From an uncultured Candidatus Saccharibacteria bacterium (GTDB taxonomy: Bacteria > Patescibacteriota > Minisyncoccia > Phycocordibacterales > Phycocordibacteraceae), in contig CAYJLK010000002.1 of NCBI GenBank assembly GCA_964371445.1, forward strand, positions 43,718 through 107,717: a DNA stretch of 64,000 bases, read 5' to 3'. The position numbers and the translations under genes are program-made. The notes under the pieces were generated by a model. It was not told the origin of the DNA and ran no database searches. It saw only the letters and a list, made by a program, of their open reading frames with translations. The stretch's first letter is position 1, and each line of letters opens with the position of its first letter. Shown here piece after piece: positions 19,696 through 29,984 of this stretch.

Positions 19696-21475
19696 CGGTA
19701 GCCTGAACTACATATAAGGATGAGTTTGGATTACAGACCGTCGTCTTGAGTGCCGCCGCATTCGTCGTGATGAGAATCATCCGATCAAGGATCGACCCTC
19801 CTGAGACAGTGAGGGAGCCCGCCGGAGCGGCATCGGCAATCCCAAACGCCTCCGCCTCTTGCTGAGCGTTCCCGACATCCGTCATAGTTGGCGCCATTGC
19901 CTGGAGCGCCTGCACATCGGCAATATATGCATCTCCCTTCGGATCGACACCCGAGTTCAATTCGGCTTGGACCTTCTGCACCGCCGCACGTGCAGCGGCG
20001 ATAATCACATCTGCTGCCGCCGCTTGTGAGAAGACCGAGGCGATCTCGCCCGTAGACGCGAGCGCCGCCTTCGCCGTCACCGCCTGCGCCCGCGCAGCAT
20101 CGATAAAGACGGTGTGGACGCTGTTCAAGTCTGTCCCCGACCAGAGTCGATTGCCGAATTCGTCAACCGCATTTAGCGCATCGCGTGCGGCAGTATCGGC
20201 GGCGGCAGTGCAGTAGTTCGCGAGAGAGACGACGCTCGTCGAAGCAGTCTCTGCCGATGTCTGTAACGAGTTCCACGCCGATTCATACTGCGTGATGCGG
20301 CTTGTCAGATCAGAACCGGATATCGGAGAACTTGCGGCGGTCTGATAAATAGAAGCGTTCGAGGCTCCGAGAGAACCCGACGCCCTCTCATATTCCATAA
20401 GCCGGGAGGTCGAGTTCGACCCGGCAGGTTGGTCGATGCCGAAGAGTCCTCCTGACTCCGAACCACCGAGAATCTCTACCGCGAAATTCACGGTCTTCAT
20501 GACCGTTGCGATATTTCCCAAGATGCTATTAATCTCGGGACCGACGTTGCCCATGCGCGTGATGATGTCCTGCTGGCCGCCGAGTATTTTATTAAGGGTT
20601 CCCACGATGACCGAACCAGGGGTCTTGATGGTGCCCTGCGTGCCGTCCTTGTTGGTGCAAGGGTCTCCGGGATTGACGCCCTCCATCGCCGTACCGTCAT
20701 TATCTTCGGTAGTGGTCTGGTCGCTGGCGCCGCACCATGAGGCGAAGCCCTGGCCCCAGCTCAATTCTGCGAGGCGCGCGCCGGTGGCGCCGCCGACGCC
20801 TGGTCCGACGAGATCCCCGAGCTTGCTCTGCGCGGCCGGATAGAGCGTATAGGGATTATTCTCCGTCCGCGTCGTGAGGGCGAACCATGCGGCTATGCCG
20901 CCTTGCGACCAATTCCCCGTGAGAAAACTCGGTCGGTACGAGGGCGTCGAGGCGGCGAGCGTATTCATATTTTCTGCCCAGAAGCCGGCGAGACTCGTCT
21001 TGGCGAGATAGTTGGTGCGGAGCGAAGAGGCAATCGAAGAGGCGAATGGCGAATTCGAATTCCGCCCGAATTGGTCGAAGAATCCGAGCGCCCGCGCATC
21101 TCCCACCGTCTGCAGAGACTTCTGCACATCCACTACAAATTGCGGAATGCCGGTGCCGTTTGCCTTGCCGATGACGAAATTTATAATGCCGGCAGTGAGC
21201 ATCTTCATCAGGTTCCCCGAGAGGACAAAGGCGAGCGGCTGGAGCACATAGGCATTGATCTGTTGGGCAGTCGTCGCCCACGCAGTGGTGGCAGTATTTA
21301 CCGAGGTGAGCGTGCTCTTAAGCGCGGTGATGGTACTCTGAAACAGATTCTTCCCGACCTCTACGACCGCGTACTGTGCATGCACTCTCTGCGGTAAAAC
21401 AAGAAATGCCGAAGGCGCGATGAGTGTGACCGTGAGGAGTATTGCGAGTGCAGAAGAGAAGAAGCGCGGCATCAT
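19688..21475 (-). CDS. secreted Ser/Thr/Ala-rich protein
   Basis: 595 aa with a signal peptide (MMPRFFSSALAILLTVTLIAPSAFLVLPQRVHAQ). No known domain. Overlaps neighbours by 8 and 4 nt, which points to an operon. Confidence 0.7.
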   Translation of the reverse strand: MMPRFFSSALAILLTVTLIAPSAFLVLPQRVHAQYAVVEVGKNLFQSTITALKSTLTSVNTATTAWATTAQQINAYVLQPLAFVLSGNLMKMLTAGIINFVIGKANGTGIPQFVVDVQKSLQTVGDARALGFFDQFGRNSNSPFASSIASSLRTNYLAKTSLAGFWAENMNTLAASTPSYRPSFLTGNWSQGGIAAWFALTTRTENNPYTLYPAAQSKLGDLVGPGVGGATGARLAELSWGQGFASWCGASDQTTTEDNDGTAMEGVNPGDPCTNKDGTQGTIKTPGSVIVGTLNKILGGQQDIITRMGNVGPEINSILGNIATVMKTVNFAVEILGGSESGGLFGIDQPAGSNSTSRLMEYERASGSLGASNASIYQTAASSPISGSDLTSRITQYESAWNSLQTSAETASTSVVSLANYCTAAADTAARDALNAVDEFGNRLWSGTDLNSVHTVFIDAARAQAVTAKAALASTGEIASVFSQAAAADVIIAAARAAVQKVQAELNSGVDPKGDAYIADVQALQAMAPTMTDVGNAQQEAEAFGIADAAPAGSLTVSGGSILDRMILITTNAAALKTTVCNPNSSLYVVQATGG

Positions 21476-22491
21476 GGTTTTGTGGGCGTGATGTCCGCGA
21501 TGAGGTTCACGAACGAGGCTCCCGGCGTCTTATCGGGGAGCGTGACGCCCGCCGCCGCATATATCCTACCGATATTCGTGAATGCCGTTCCGAGTGCGAT
21601 TACCGCCCTTGGATACTGATCGAGCGCGAGCATCGTCGCGAGCGGATCGGTATCGGCACGCGTGAAATCGGTCGCTATCTGGCTCATGCGCATGAGTGCA
21701 TTGACCAGCGTGAGCGCATCGGCGGCGAGCTCCTTGGGCACCGGCAACACGGCGAGACCGACCGCAGAATCCCGATACGCCTTCGCTATCGAAGCGATGT
21801 GCGGATATGCCGTAGTATCGCCGTTGAGGAGAGCACTCTTCAGATAATTAATCTCGCTCGTCGTCGCATTACTCGTATTCTTCAGGAGTACCGCTTCAGC
21901 GCTCACCGCAAATGTCTTGAGCGCATCGGCACCGAAGCCAGAAACCGCAAGGTCTTTTGCGGATCGGTAATCGGGGGCGATGGCGATGGTCGACTTGAGC
22001 GATTCGAGAGCCTGACCGGAGATGGCAACCATCTCGCTTTCAGACAGATTCGCCCCGCCCTTCGCTTCCTTCGCCGCCAGATAGATCGTGAAGAAATTTC
22101 TCGCGAAGGCGGCAGTCAAGGTCCCTTCTGCGGGCGGCGGCGGGAGCGAGCCGTCGAGGCTCATAGGAGAGGAGGAGGCCGTGACGGCAATATCGGCAAT
22201 CGCTTTCGGTACGATCAGACCCTTGGTGACAGCGGCGCCGTCGGTCATGCCGAGACGGAACGTATCGGTCATATGCGAATCGGTCCCGTAGAGCGCCTCT
22301 TCCCAATCAGGGAGACCGTCGCCGTCGGTATCTCGTGTCGCGATCGCTTGGAGAAGCTCTGTTTCAGTAGAAGCCTGAGCGGTCGAAGGAGACTCGACGC
22401 TCTTCGCGAGCATATAGGCGCCAATGACCAAAACCGCTGAGAAGAGCGATGCGGCTACGATTCGCCAATGTGGAAGCAGTCTTTCCCCCAT
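21472..22491 (-). CDS. N-terminally anchored extracytoplasmic protein with a DTDGDGLPDWEE Ca-binding-like motif
   Basis: 339 aa with one N-terminal TM (IVAASLFSAVLVIGAYML). Carries a thrombospondin-type-3 / DxDxDG-like motif. Confidence 0.7.
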   Translation of the reverse strand: MGERLLPHWRIVAASLFSAVLVIGAYMLAKSVESPSTAQASTETELLQAIATRDTDGDGLPDWEEALYGTDSHMTDTFRLGMTDGAAVTKGLIVPKAIADIAVTASSSPMSLDGSLPPPPAEGTLTAAFARNFFTIYLAAKEAKGGANLSESEMVAISGQALESLKSTIAIAPDYRSAKDLAVSGFGADALKTFAVSAEAVLLKNTSNATTSEINYLKSALLNGDTTAYPHIASIAKAYRDSAVGLAVLPVPKELAADALTLVNALMRMSQIATDFTRADTDPLATMLALDQYPRAVIALGTAFTNIGRIYAAAGVTLPDKTPGASFVNLIADITPTKP

Positions 22492-22575
22492 AGTATCGCT
22501 TTAAAGTATAGCAGTCGTGCCGGAGAGAGATAGTGTCTGTATAGGTATAAAGGTGCACTACGGCACCGGCGCATG

Positions 22576-23346
22576 TCAGACGTTCGCCAGAGTGAGCCAG
22601 TCGGAAAGGGAGAGGTCCTCGGCGCGCGCCTTTTCCGGGATATTCCCCTGCGACAGACCTGCTTCTGCAAGATTCTTCCGCACGAATTTCCGCTTGTGGG
22701 CGAACCCGGCGTGCAGAAGCACGAAAAATATCTCTTCTTGAGCCTTTGACGCGAAGCGCCGACGCGAGATACCGCGGATAGAAAGCACTGCCGAGTCTAC
22801 CTTCGGTGCGGGCAGAAATGCGCCGCGCTTGACCGTGAATTCGTATGTCGGTTCGCCATACGCCTTCACCGAGAGCGAGAGGATGCTTTCTTTCTTCGAA
22901 CGGGTGATACGCTCGGCGACTTCTTTCTGCACGAGGAGCGTCATTGCGCTCGGCTGGTTCGATGTCTCGAGGAACATGCGAAATATTTCTCCTGTCAGGT
23001 AGTACGGGATGTTCGCGACAAGCGCGTATCCTTTCGGGAGCGAAGAAATGTCGAACGTGCGGATGTCACCGTGCAGCAACTCTAATCTCCCCCTCGCGCG
23101 CTCATCTGCGAAGTCGCTCTCTAATGTTTCAAAAAGTCCCTGGTCTGCCTCAAGCGCGATCACCTTTCGCGATAGCTTCAAGAGCTCGCGCGTGAGCATC
23201 CCCGTTCCGGGCCCTATCTCGAACACAACTGCGTCCGGAGAGAGGCCCGCGACAAGCGCGATGCGCTCGGCAATGCGCGCATGCATCAGGAAATTTTGTC
23301 CGAGCGATTTTCTCGCCTTGAACGCCGTTGAAGGGTTAGCCCGCAT
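22576..23346 (-). CDS. rsmA: 16S rRNA (adenine1518/1519-N6)-dimethyltransferase
   Basis: 256 aa with an SAM-binding FEIGPGTGMLT motif and KsgA/Dim1 family sequence. Confidence 0.88.
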   Translation of the reverse strand: MRANPSTAFKARKSLGQNFLMHARIAERIALVAGLSPDAVVFEIGPGTGMLTRELLKLSRKVIALEADQGLFETLESDFADERARGRLELLHGDIRTFDISSLPKGYALVANIPYYLTGEIFRMFLETSNQPSAMTLLVQKEVAERITRSKKESILSLSVKAYGEPTYEFTVKRGAFLPAPKVDSAVLSIRGISRRRFASKAQEEIFFVLLHAGFAHKRKFVRKNLAEAGLSQGNIPEKARAEDLSLSDWLTLANV

Positions 23347-23365
23347 GAGTGTATACTTTCATTGT

Positions 23366-23689
23366 ATGGAAAAACATCATCTTACGCCAGACAACTTCGA
23401 CCGTGAAGGAGGAGTCCGCCACATCTTGCGTTACGAGCACAGTTTTGGGCATGATGATCTCGAGCGAGCAAAGGAGGTAGTGCTTAAAGGCATCGAACAC
23501 ATCGAGAACAAGACAAAAACAACTTCCGGTATGGGCGCTCACCATTTCGATATCGCAATGAAGTATTTCAAAGAGAACCCCGAAGGCAAAGTTGAGTGGA
23601 AGAAAATTCCGGAACACCAGCGCCCGCATGTTGAAGCGGCTCTCAAACGACACTTCGGCATTTCTGAACCGGAACAAGAGGCCGCCTAA
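23366..23689 (+). CDS. hypothetical small protein
   Basis: Trimmed to MEKHHLTPDNFDREGG... (107 aa). The upstream part of the ORF-track call is antisense to ksgA. Opposite strand to its neighbours. Confidence 0.4.
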   Translation: MEKHHLTPDNFDREGGVRHILRYEHSFGHDDLERAKEVVLKGIEHIENKTKTTSGMGAHHFDIAMKYFKENPEGKVEWKKIPEHQRPHVEAALKRHFGISEPEQEAA

Positions 23690-25644
23690 GCCTCGATGAT
23701 CTCCTCTCCGTTGGTCTCGTCATAGCACATCAGCGCCCCATCGATATCGGCAAGAAAGGATGACGGTTCTGCATACGTATCGCTCCCATAAATTTTACGA
23801 ATGCGCGCGAGCGTGAGAAAGAGACGATTCTGTGCGCGTGTCATCGCGACATAGAAGAGTCGCCGTTCCTCTTCTTCATCACGGTCATTCTCGCCGCCCA
23901 TACCTTGGTGCGGGAACAGACCTTCCTCCATGCCGCTCACGAAAACCGTATCGAATTCAAGACCTTTTGCCGCATGAACGGTCATGAGAGTGACACCCGT
24001 TTTCTCCCCCTGATCGAGCTCGTCCTGATCGCTCGCTAGGGCCGCTTCGGCCAGATATGCCGCGATACCCTCCTTCCCGGGGGTCATATCGTGCCGTGTC
24101 GCGACCGAGGCGAGCTCTTCGACGTTCTGGAATCGCTCGCGATCTTCTTCACTTCCCTCGTCGTAGAGTACGCGGCGCATGCCGCTCTTCTCCACGACGA
24201 GCTTCACAAATGCCGACGGTGCGAGTGCGGCGGCCGCGCGAGCGAGTTCGTCGATGACTCTTTCAAACGCTTCAACTTTCGCGAGTTCTCCGGCACGAAG
24301 AGCGGAACGCTGCCCTGCGGCGAGCTTCCCGAGCGTCACCTTGCCGATCCCGCGCGCCGGCGCGGCGGCCGCGCGCAATTTATCGACTTCGCGCGAAGGA
24401 TCTATCGCGAGCCGCATCCACGCGAGCGCATCTTTCACCTCCTTGCGCGCGAAGAATCGCGTACCCAAGAGCTTGTATGGTACGCCCGCATGCAGCAGAC
24501 CCTCCTCGAGCGCGCGCGATTGGAAATTCGTGCGGAAGAGTATCGCGATTGCTTCGGGCTTCACACCATCGTGCATCAGCTCGCGCACCTTGTGCGCGAT
24601 CCAACTCGCCTCATCCTCGGCGCTTCGCGCGATATGCACTGTTATCGGCTCGCCCTTCGCGCGCTCGGTCGTCGAATATTTCTCTTTGCGATTTTTATTC
24701 TTCTCGATCACTGCATTCGCCGCATCCACCAGATTTTTCGTCGAACGGTAATTGCGTTCGAGAATAATCGTCTGCGATTCCGGATATTCTTTATCGAACT
24801 CAAGCAGATTTTCTATCGTCGCGCCGCGCCAGGTGTAGATGGTCTGGTCGATATCGCCCACGACAAACAGATTCCGATGCTTCGCCGCGAGCATGTTCGC
24901 GAGCCGGCCTTGGAGCGCGTTCGTATCCTGATACTCATCGATATGGATATAGCGCCAGCGATCCTGTGCGAGCGCGCGGATGTCCGCATGTTCTTCGAGG
25001 AGCCGAACCGGAAGCGCGATAAGGTCGTCAAAGTCGAGCGCCTTTTCAGAGGCGAGCGCCTTCTCGTAGCGCAACCACGCTTCCGCGGTAATGCGCCCCC
25101 CGAAGCCGCCGCGTGCATACTTTTCATAGAACTCGCTCGCACGAAGCCCTTCGCTCTTCGCACGCGAGATCCGGCCCAAGATGGCGCGAGGCGAGAACTC
25201 CTTTGCGGTCACATCGAGCGCCTTGAGCGCCGCCGCTATCGCCTTTTCAGAATCGTCGCGGTCATACACGCTGAAGAAGCGCGGGACACCGATCGCTTTC
25301 CCGTAACTTTCCAAAAGCTCGCGTCCGAGGCCGTGGAAGGTCGCGACAAACGGGACGCCGGCGTCCGCACCGAGCATCGCCCGCACCCGTTCGCGCATCT
25401 CCCGGGCGGCCTTGTTGGTAAACGTAACGGCCAAAATCTCATTGGCGGGCACCCCCTCGCGGATAAGGTGGTAGATACGGGTGGTGAGCACACGCGTTTT
25501 CCCGCTCCCCGCACCGGCGAGGACCGACAGAGGGCCGTGGAGAGCGAGTACAGCTCGCCGTTGAGCCTCGTTTAAGCCTTCGAGATATTTCACTTTCCAA
25601 ATATACCCCAAAACCCGCTCTCCACAGGTATCCGGGGGCTTCAT
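23686..25644 (-). CDS. uvrD: ATP-dependent DNA helicase UvrD/PcrA family
   Basis: 652 aa with AGAGSGKT Walker A and TFHGLGRELL, typical superfamily-1 helicase. True start may be a few codons inside. Confidence 0.9.
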   Translation of the reverse strand: MKPPDTCGERVLGYIWKVKYLEGLNEAQRRAVLALHGPLSVLAGAGSGKTRVLTTRIYHLIREGVPANEILAVTFTNKAAREMRERVRAMLGADAGVPFVATFHGLGRELLESYGKAIGVPRFFSVYDRDDSEKAIAAALKALDVTAKEFSPRAILGRISRAKSEGLRASEFYEKYARGGFGGRITAEAWLRYEKALASEKALDFDDLIALPVRLLEEHADIRALAQDRWRYIHIDEYQDTNALQGRLANMLAAKHRNLFVVGDIDQTIYTWRGATIENLLEFDKEYPESQTIILERNYRSTKNLVDAANAVIEKNKNRKEKYSTTERAKGEPITVHIARSAEDEASWIAHKVRELMHDGVKPEAIAILFRTNFQSRALEEGLLHAGVPYKLLGTRFFARKEVKDALAWMRLAIDPSREVDKLRAAAAPARGIGKVTLGKLAAGQRSALRAGELAKVEAFERVIDELARAAAALAPSAFVKLVVEKSGMRRVLYDEGSEEDRERFQNVEELASVATRHDMTPGKEGIAAYLAEAALASDQDELDQGEKTGVTLMTVHAAKGLEFDTVFVSGMEEGLFPHQGMGGENDRDEEEERRLFYVAMTRAQNRLFLTLARIRKIYGSDTYAEPSSFLADIDGALMCYDETNGEEIIEA

Positions 25645-25819
25645 TGACTACCAGTCTCACTCGGCTATACTCCCTGTATCGCTGATATGGAAGTACGCAA
25701 GGAATGGCTTATGTAAGCCATTTTTGTATTAAAGACCGACCATCTGGACCCCCTGTTTCCCTATTACATTCAACTCTACATTCTTCATACTCGGACTCGC
25801 GGCCATTTTCTCTACCGCA

Positions 25820-26833
25820 GTGTTCCTGCCAGATCGCGTGAACGCCTTCTGGCCGTTTTCTACAAATGCGGATGCCGCCATCGGCACCTTCATGCCGGGA
25901 TCTTCGACGCCAGCGCTCCAAGCGTCCGTCAATATTGATCCGAATCCGAACAAAGGTCTCGGCGACAACATTCAGACAACCGGGGGTCGGGCGCTCCTCG
26001 CAAGCGCCGGTCCTTCCGGCACTATCGCGGACGTCGCGGGCGCAACGGCTCCCGACCACATTTCGGTATACGTCGTCCGTCGGGGCGACACGCTCTCCGA
26101 TATCGCAACCATGTTCGGGGTCTCGGTAAATACCATCATTTGGGCGAACAACCTCTCCGGCGTACGGGATGTCCATCCGGGCGACACTCTTATCATCCTG
26201 CCGATTTCCGGCGTCGAGCGCACCATCGTAAAGGGCGATACGCTCAAATCTATTGCGAAAAAGTACGGCGCCGATGCAAACGAAATAGCTCAGTACAACG
26301 GTCTTGATCCTGCAGAGCCGCTTGCTATCGGTTCAACGGTCATTATCCCCGGCGGCGAAGTCGCTCCGGCGGCTTCAGTCGCCCCCAAGGGCTCCGCTCC
26401 GCGCAAGATTAAGAGCGAACCGTACCTCGGCGGAAGCGGCTCCGCCCAACCCGGTTACTACACGAATCCCGTGCCGGGCAGCATCTTTACCCAGGGTATC
26501 CACGGATGGAACGGCATCGACTTCGGTGCGGCGCGCGGCACACCGATCCATGCCGCGGCGGCCGGTACGGTCATCATCGCGCGCAATAACGGCGGGTGGA
26601 ACGGCGCCTACGGGAACTATGTCGTTATCACGCACGATAACGGCACCCAGACGCTCTACTCACACATGCGGAGCGCCATCGTGTCTCCAGGACAGTTCGT
26701 CTCGTCGGGCCAGGTTATCGGCTATGTCGGATCAACCGGTCTCTCGACCGGTCCGCACCTCCACTTTGAAGTCCGCGGTGCCGCCAACCCTTTCCGTACG
26801 TGCTCAGTCGGTAGCGTCTGTGCTCCGCAATGA
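25820..26833 (+). CDS. LysM-domain M23 family metallopeptidase
   Basis: Two LysM repeats (GDTLSDIATMFGVSVNTIIWANNL, GDTLKSIAKKYGADANEIAQYNGL) plus an M23 core (HGWNGIDFGAARGTPIHAAAAGTV...GSTGLSTGPHLHFEVRG). GTG start; the in-frame upstream sequence encodes a hydrophobic segment. Confidence 0.85.
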   Translation: MFLPDRVNAFWPFSTNADAAIGTFMPGSSTPALQASVNIDPNPNKGLGDNIQTTGGRALLASAGPSGTIADVAGATAPDHISVYVVRRGDTLSDIATMFGVSVNTIIWANNLSGVRDVHPGDTLIILPISGVERTIVKGDTLKSIAKKYGADANEIAQYNGLDPAEPLAIGSTVIIPGGEVAPAASVAPKGSAPRKIKSEPYLGGSGSAQPGYYTNPVPGSIFTQGIHGWNGIDFGAARGTPIHAAAAGTVIIARNNGGWNGAYGNYVVITHDNGTQTLYSHMRSAIVSPGQFVSSGQVIGYVGSTGLSTGPHLHFEVRGAANPFRTCSVGSVCAPQ

Positions 26834-26890
26834 AATAGAGGAAGAAAATCCCGCGGCGCCAGAGGCGCCGCGGGTGTTTTAATTTTTCAA

Positions 26891-28471
26891 TCATTCGAAT
26901 CCAAAGAGGCCGCGGGGGCGATACTGCAAAGCTTCGTGTACAAAGGAGGGAGTCACGGTATCGGCGCCCGCAAGGTCGGCAATCGTGCGCGCCACCCGCA
27001 TCGTGCGGTGGTAGGAGCGCGGTGAGAGATGCAGGCGCGCGGCAGACTGAGTGAGCGTCTCTTTTGCGGCAGTGGTGAAGCCGCTCTTCTCATCGAGTTC
27101 GCGCCCGGTGAGAGCACCGTTCGTCGCTCCCCGCTTCCCGGTGCGGCGCTCGACGCGCGTGCGCGCCGCGACGACACGCTTGCGCACTTCTTCAGAAGGT
27201 TCGCCGTCTGAAAGTTTAGCGAGTGTGTCGTGCGGGACAAGCGGCACTTCAATCCAGAGATCCAAGCGGTCAACGATTGGCCGGCTGATGCGGCGCGCCT
27301 GTTTCGCCGCGGCGCGAAGCGCGACGCGAGAGTCGTCAGAGAGCGTATCCGCCGGATTCATCGCCGCGACAATCATGCAGTCAGCCGGGAACGTGACGGT
27401 CGCGCGAGCGCGCGAGACGGTCACGATGCGGTCTTCAAGCGGCTGGCGAAGCGCCTCAAGCGTCCGCGAGTCGAACTCCGGGAACTCGTCGAGAAAAAGA
27501 ACTCCCTTGTGCGCAAGCGTCACTTCACCCGCCTTCGGGAAGGCGCCGCCGCCCACGATGGCGACATGCGATATCGAGTGATGCGGCGCGCGAAAGGGCG
27601 GCCAATAGACCGCCTCGCTTTCGGTGAGGAGTCCGGCCGTCGAGTGTATCGCCGTCACTTCGAGCATATCGTCGTCAGTAAGTGGCGGGAGAATCCCCGA
27701 GAGAGCGCGGGCAAGCATCGTCTTGCCGGTGCCGGGCGGTCCATAGAAGACGATGTTGTGCCGGCCAGCGGCCGCGATCTCGAGCGCGCGCTTCGCGCTC
27801 TCCTGCCCTTTCACATCTGCGAGATCGAGCGCGGGCGGCGGCGGTGCGGTGCGGCGGTCGCGCACGAGCTTTGGCAAAGGCTTCACTCCTTTTAAATGTT
27901 CGATGAGTTCAGAGAGCGACTTCGGCGCATACACGGTCATACCCTCGGCAAGTAGCGCCTCGCGAGCATTCCCTGGTGGTACGAAAATGGTCTTTGTCCC
28001 ATGGCGCTTCGCGGCGAGCACCTGCGGGAGCACACCCTTCACCGCTCGAAGCGTGCCGTCGAGAGAGAGCTCGCCAATCAAGAGCATCTCGTCTTCAGGA
28101 GGGCGGAGGTCGCCCGCGGCGATGAGATAGGCGAGAGCGAGGGAAAGGTCGTAGTGCGAACCTTCTTTTTTCAGATCCGCCGGCGAGAGCGAGAGGATGA
28201 TGCGCTTATTCTGTTGCTTCGGAGACTTATAGCCCGAGTGGCGGATAGCGGCCGAGACGCGGTCGCGTGCCTCGTCGACCGCTTTATCAGCGAGACCGAC
28301 GACGGCGAAATTATGTAAGCCGCGCGTGAGGTCAGCCTCCACGCTCACGAGTTCAGCGCCAGAACCGACCGGCTGTGCGGCGAGCGTCTTGGCGTAACCG
28401 GCTTTCGGTAATGGAGCTTTCTTTGTCGAGCGAACCGTTGCAGGATCCGATCGAGCGACAGCCATGGGCAA
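26891..28471 (-). CDS. comM: Mg-chelatase-like AAA ATPase YifB/ComM
   Basis: 526 aa with Lon-like N-domain, AAA core ([14 protein letters not shown]) and C-terminal YifB region. Confidence 0.9.
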   Translation of the reverse strand: MPMAVARSDPATVRSTKKAPLPKAGYAKTLAAQPVGSGAELVSVEADLTRGLHNFAVVGLADKAVDEARDRVSAAIRHSGYKSPKQQNKRIILSLSPADLKKEGSHYDLSLALAYLIAAGDLRPPEDEMLLIGELSLDGTLRAVKGVLPQVLAAKRHGTKTIFVPPGNAREALLAEGMTVYAPKSLSELIEHLKGVKPLPKLVRDRRTAPPPPALDLADVKGQESAKRALEIAAAGRHNIVFYGPPGTGKTMLARALSGILPPLTDDDMLEVTAIHSTAGLLTESEAVYWPPFRAPHHSISHVAIVGGGAFPKAGEVTLAHKGVLFLDEFPEFDSRTLEALRQPLEDRIVTVSRARATVTFPADCMIVAAMNPADTLSDDSRVALRAAAKQARRISRPIVDRLDLWIEVPLVPHDTLAKLSDGEPSEEVRKRVVAARTRVERRTGKRGATNGALTGRELDEKSGFTTAAKETLTQSAARLHLSPRSYHRTMRVARTIADLAGADTVTPSFVHEALQYRPRGLFGFE

Positions 28472-28819
28472 TTATAAATGCTTCACGCAGGTCGTCGCGG
28501 CGGCGTCGGCGCTGAGGCGCGCCTCTCCTATCTCCTCACCGCAGATTTCGCACTTCCCATACTCTTTCTTCTCGATTCTCGAAAGCGCTTCGAGGACCGT
28601 ATCGTATCGCGACTCGAGATCAGCGAGGATGGCGGTATTGCTTTCGCGGCTCATCACGACATCGGCTTGGTCGGCGAGGTCAGACTCGGTGCCCACCTCC
28701 GACGGGACGGCTTCCCAGTCCCCCGGGACGGTCGGATTCTTGCGGCCGACCGTTCCCATCTCCGACTCGAGTCGCGCCTTTTCTTCCTCGAGCTTCTTTC
28801 TAAATTGTTCGGTTTTCAT
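28472..28819 (-). CDS. DksA/TraR-family C4 zinc-finger protein
   Basis: Trimmed to MKTEQFRKKLEEEKARLESE... A coiled coil followed by CEICGEEIG...TTC. 115 aa. Confidence 0.7.
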   Translation of the reverse strand: MKTEQFRKKLEEEKARLESEMGTVGRKNPTVPGDWEAVPSEVGTESDLADQADVVMSRESNTAILADLESRYDTVLEALSRIEKKEYGKCEICGEEIGEARLSADAAATTCVKHL

Positions 28820-28836
28820 GCAGGGATAATAGCAGA

Positions 28837-29943
28837 TTATTGGGTGCGCGAGGTTGCAAGCCGTTTTAGTATCTCGACGAATGCGGCGGTGTCGCGAGCG
28901 ATGACAAGCGTCACCTGATTCCAATACCCATAGAGAAAGACGCTCCGGCCCGACTCGTCGTGATACACACGCACGTCATGATTGGCGATTGTCGTGTCGG
29001 AAAATCCTGCGACAGCCATCGCCTGCGGCACACTCGTCGAGGCGGTCGAACCGGATGCGACCGGATAGGGAGGGAACAGTCTGACGAGACTGCGCGGCAT
29101 TGTTTTTTCCCATGCGAGCATGCCTGAGAAGGTATTACTGTATGACGAAACGGAAAGTATGAAGAAGGGACTTTGACTGCCGCCCGCGTTCACGACCCCC
29201 GCCATACTGCCCTCCGTGTTCACGTTCCGAATCAAGACACTCGGTATCGACAGCGGAAGTGCAGTGAAGACACTTCCGGTCGTACTTGCGATATAGAGGA
29301 GCCGAACGTTGTTCGGAGTAAGGGAACGAGCGACCGACTTCTCGACCGCACTGAGGAGCGCGGAACCGGTGCCCGAGATCTGTTCGCGATCATCGACAAA
29401 GATCGGTGCCTGCACGCTCGGAGCCAACACAACGGGAGCGAGCGCCGTTTGGTACCGAGAATATGCGATGTACGCGCCGGCGGCGCCGGCGATGAGGAGG
29501 ATGCCGCCCGCAATAGAATAGAGCACGTTCGCCCGCGAAGGTCCCTGCGGCGCAGATGAGTGCACGAGCACGGGCGCCGAATCCTGTTCAGCAGCGAGCA
29601 CTGTTGCAGATGACGCATGTTGCTCCTTCATCCTGTCCGAAAAATCACTCGAATACGTCTTGATCGGAGCATTTGCCGGCGCGGGCGGTATGTAAGCCGG
29701 TGCGGCTTTAGGAACAATGGACGGATTCTGGATTGAAACAGGCACCGGTATCGGCGTCGCAGGAGCCGCCACTGGGCGCTCTTCTAGTGTCGGAGCAGTG
29801 AGCGGCACGAGGTCGGGCGCATTACCCTTTTTAAACGTCTCCATGTCGCCCGCGAAGGTGCGGATATATTTCTCCGGTTCCTGCGCACCGGCAGGCGGAG
29901 ATTCTTTGTCTGGCGGAACAGAAGGAGTGCCCTGAGTGTCCAT
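28837..29943 (-). CDS. hypothetical bitopic membrane protein with Pro-rich cytoplasmic N-region
   Basis: 368 aa with a single central TM (VLYSIAGGILLIAGAAGAYIAYS). No family. Confidence 0.6.
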   Translation of the reverse strand: MDTQGTPSVPPDKESPPAGAQEPEKYIRTFAGDMETFKKGNAPDLVPLTAPTLEERPVAAPATPIPVPVSIQNPSIVPKAAPAYIPPAPANAPIKTYSSDFSDRMKEQHASSATVLAAEQDSAPVLVHSSAPQGPSRANVLYSIAGGILLIAGAAGAYIAYSRYQTALAPVVLAPSVQAPIFVDDREQISGTGSALLSAVEKSVARSLTPNNVRLLYIASTTGSVFTALPLSIPSVLIRNVNTEGSMAGVVNAGGSQSPFFILSVSSYSNTFSGMLAWEKTMPRSLVRLFPPYPVASGSTASTSVPQAMAVAGFSDTTIANHDVRVYHDESGRSVFLYGYWNQVTLVIARDTAAFVEILKRLATSRTQ

Positions 29944-29984
29944 TACGCTCTATAATAGCGCATCGCGCACGATGTGTACCGCTG

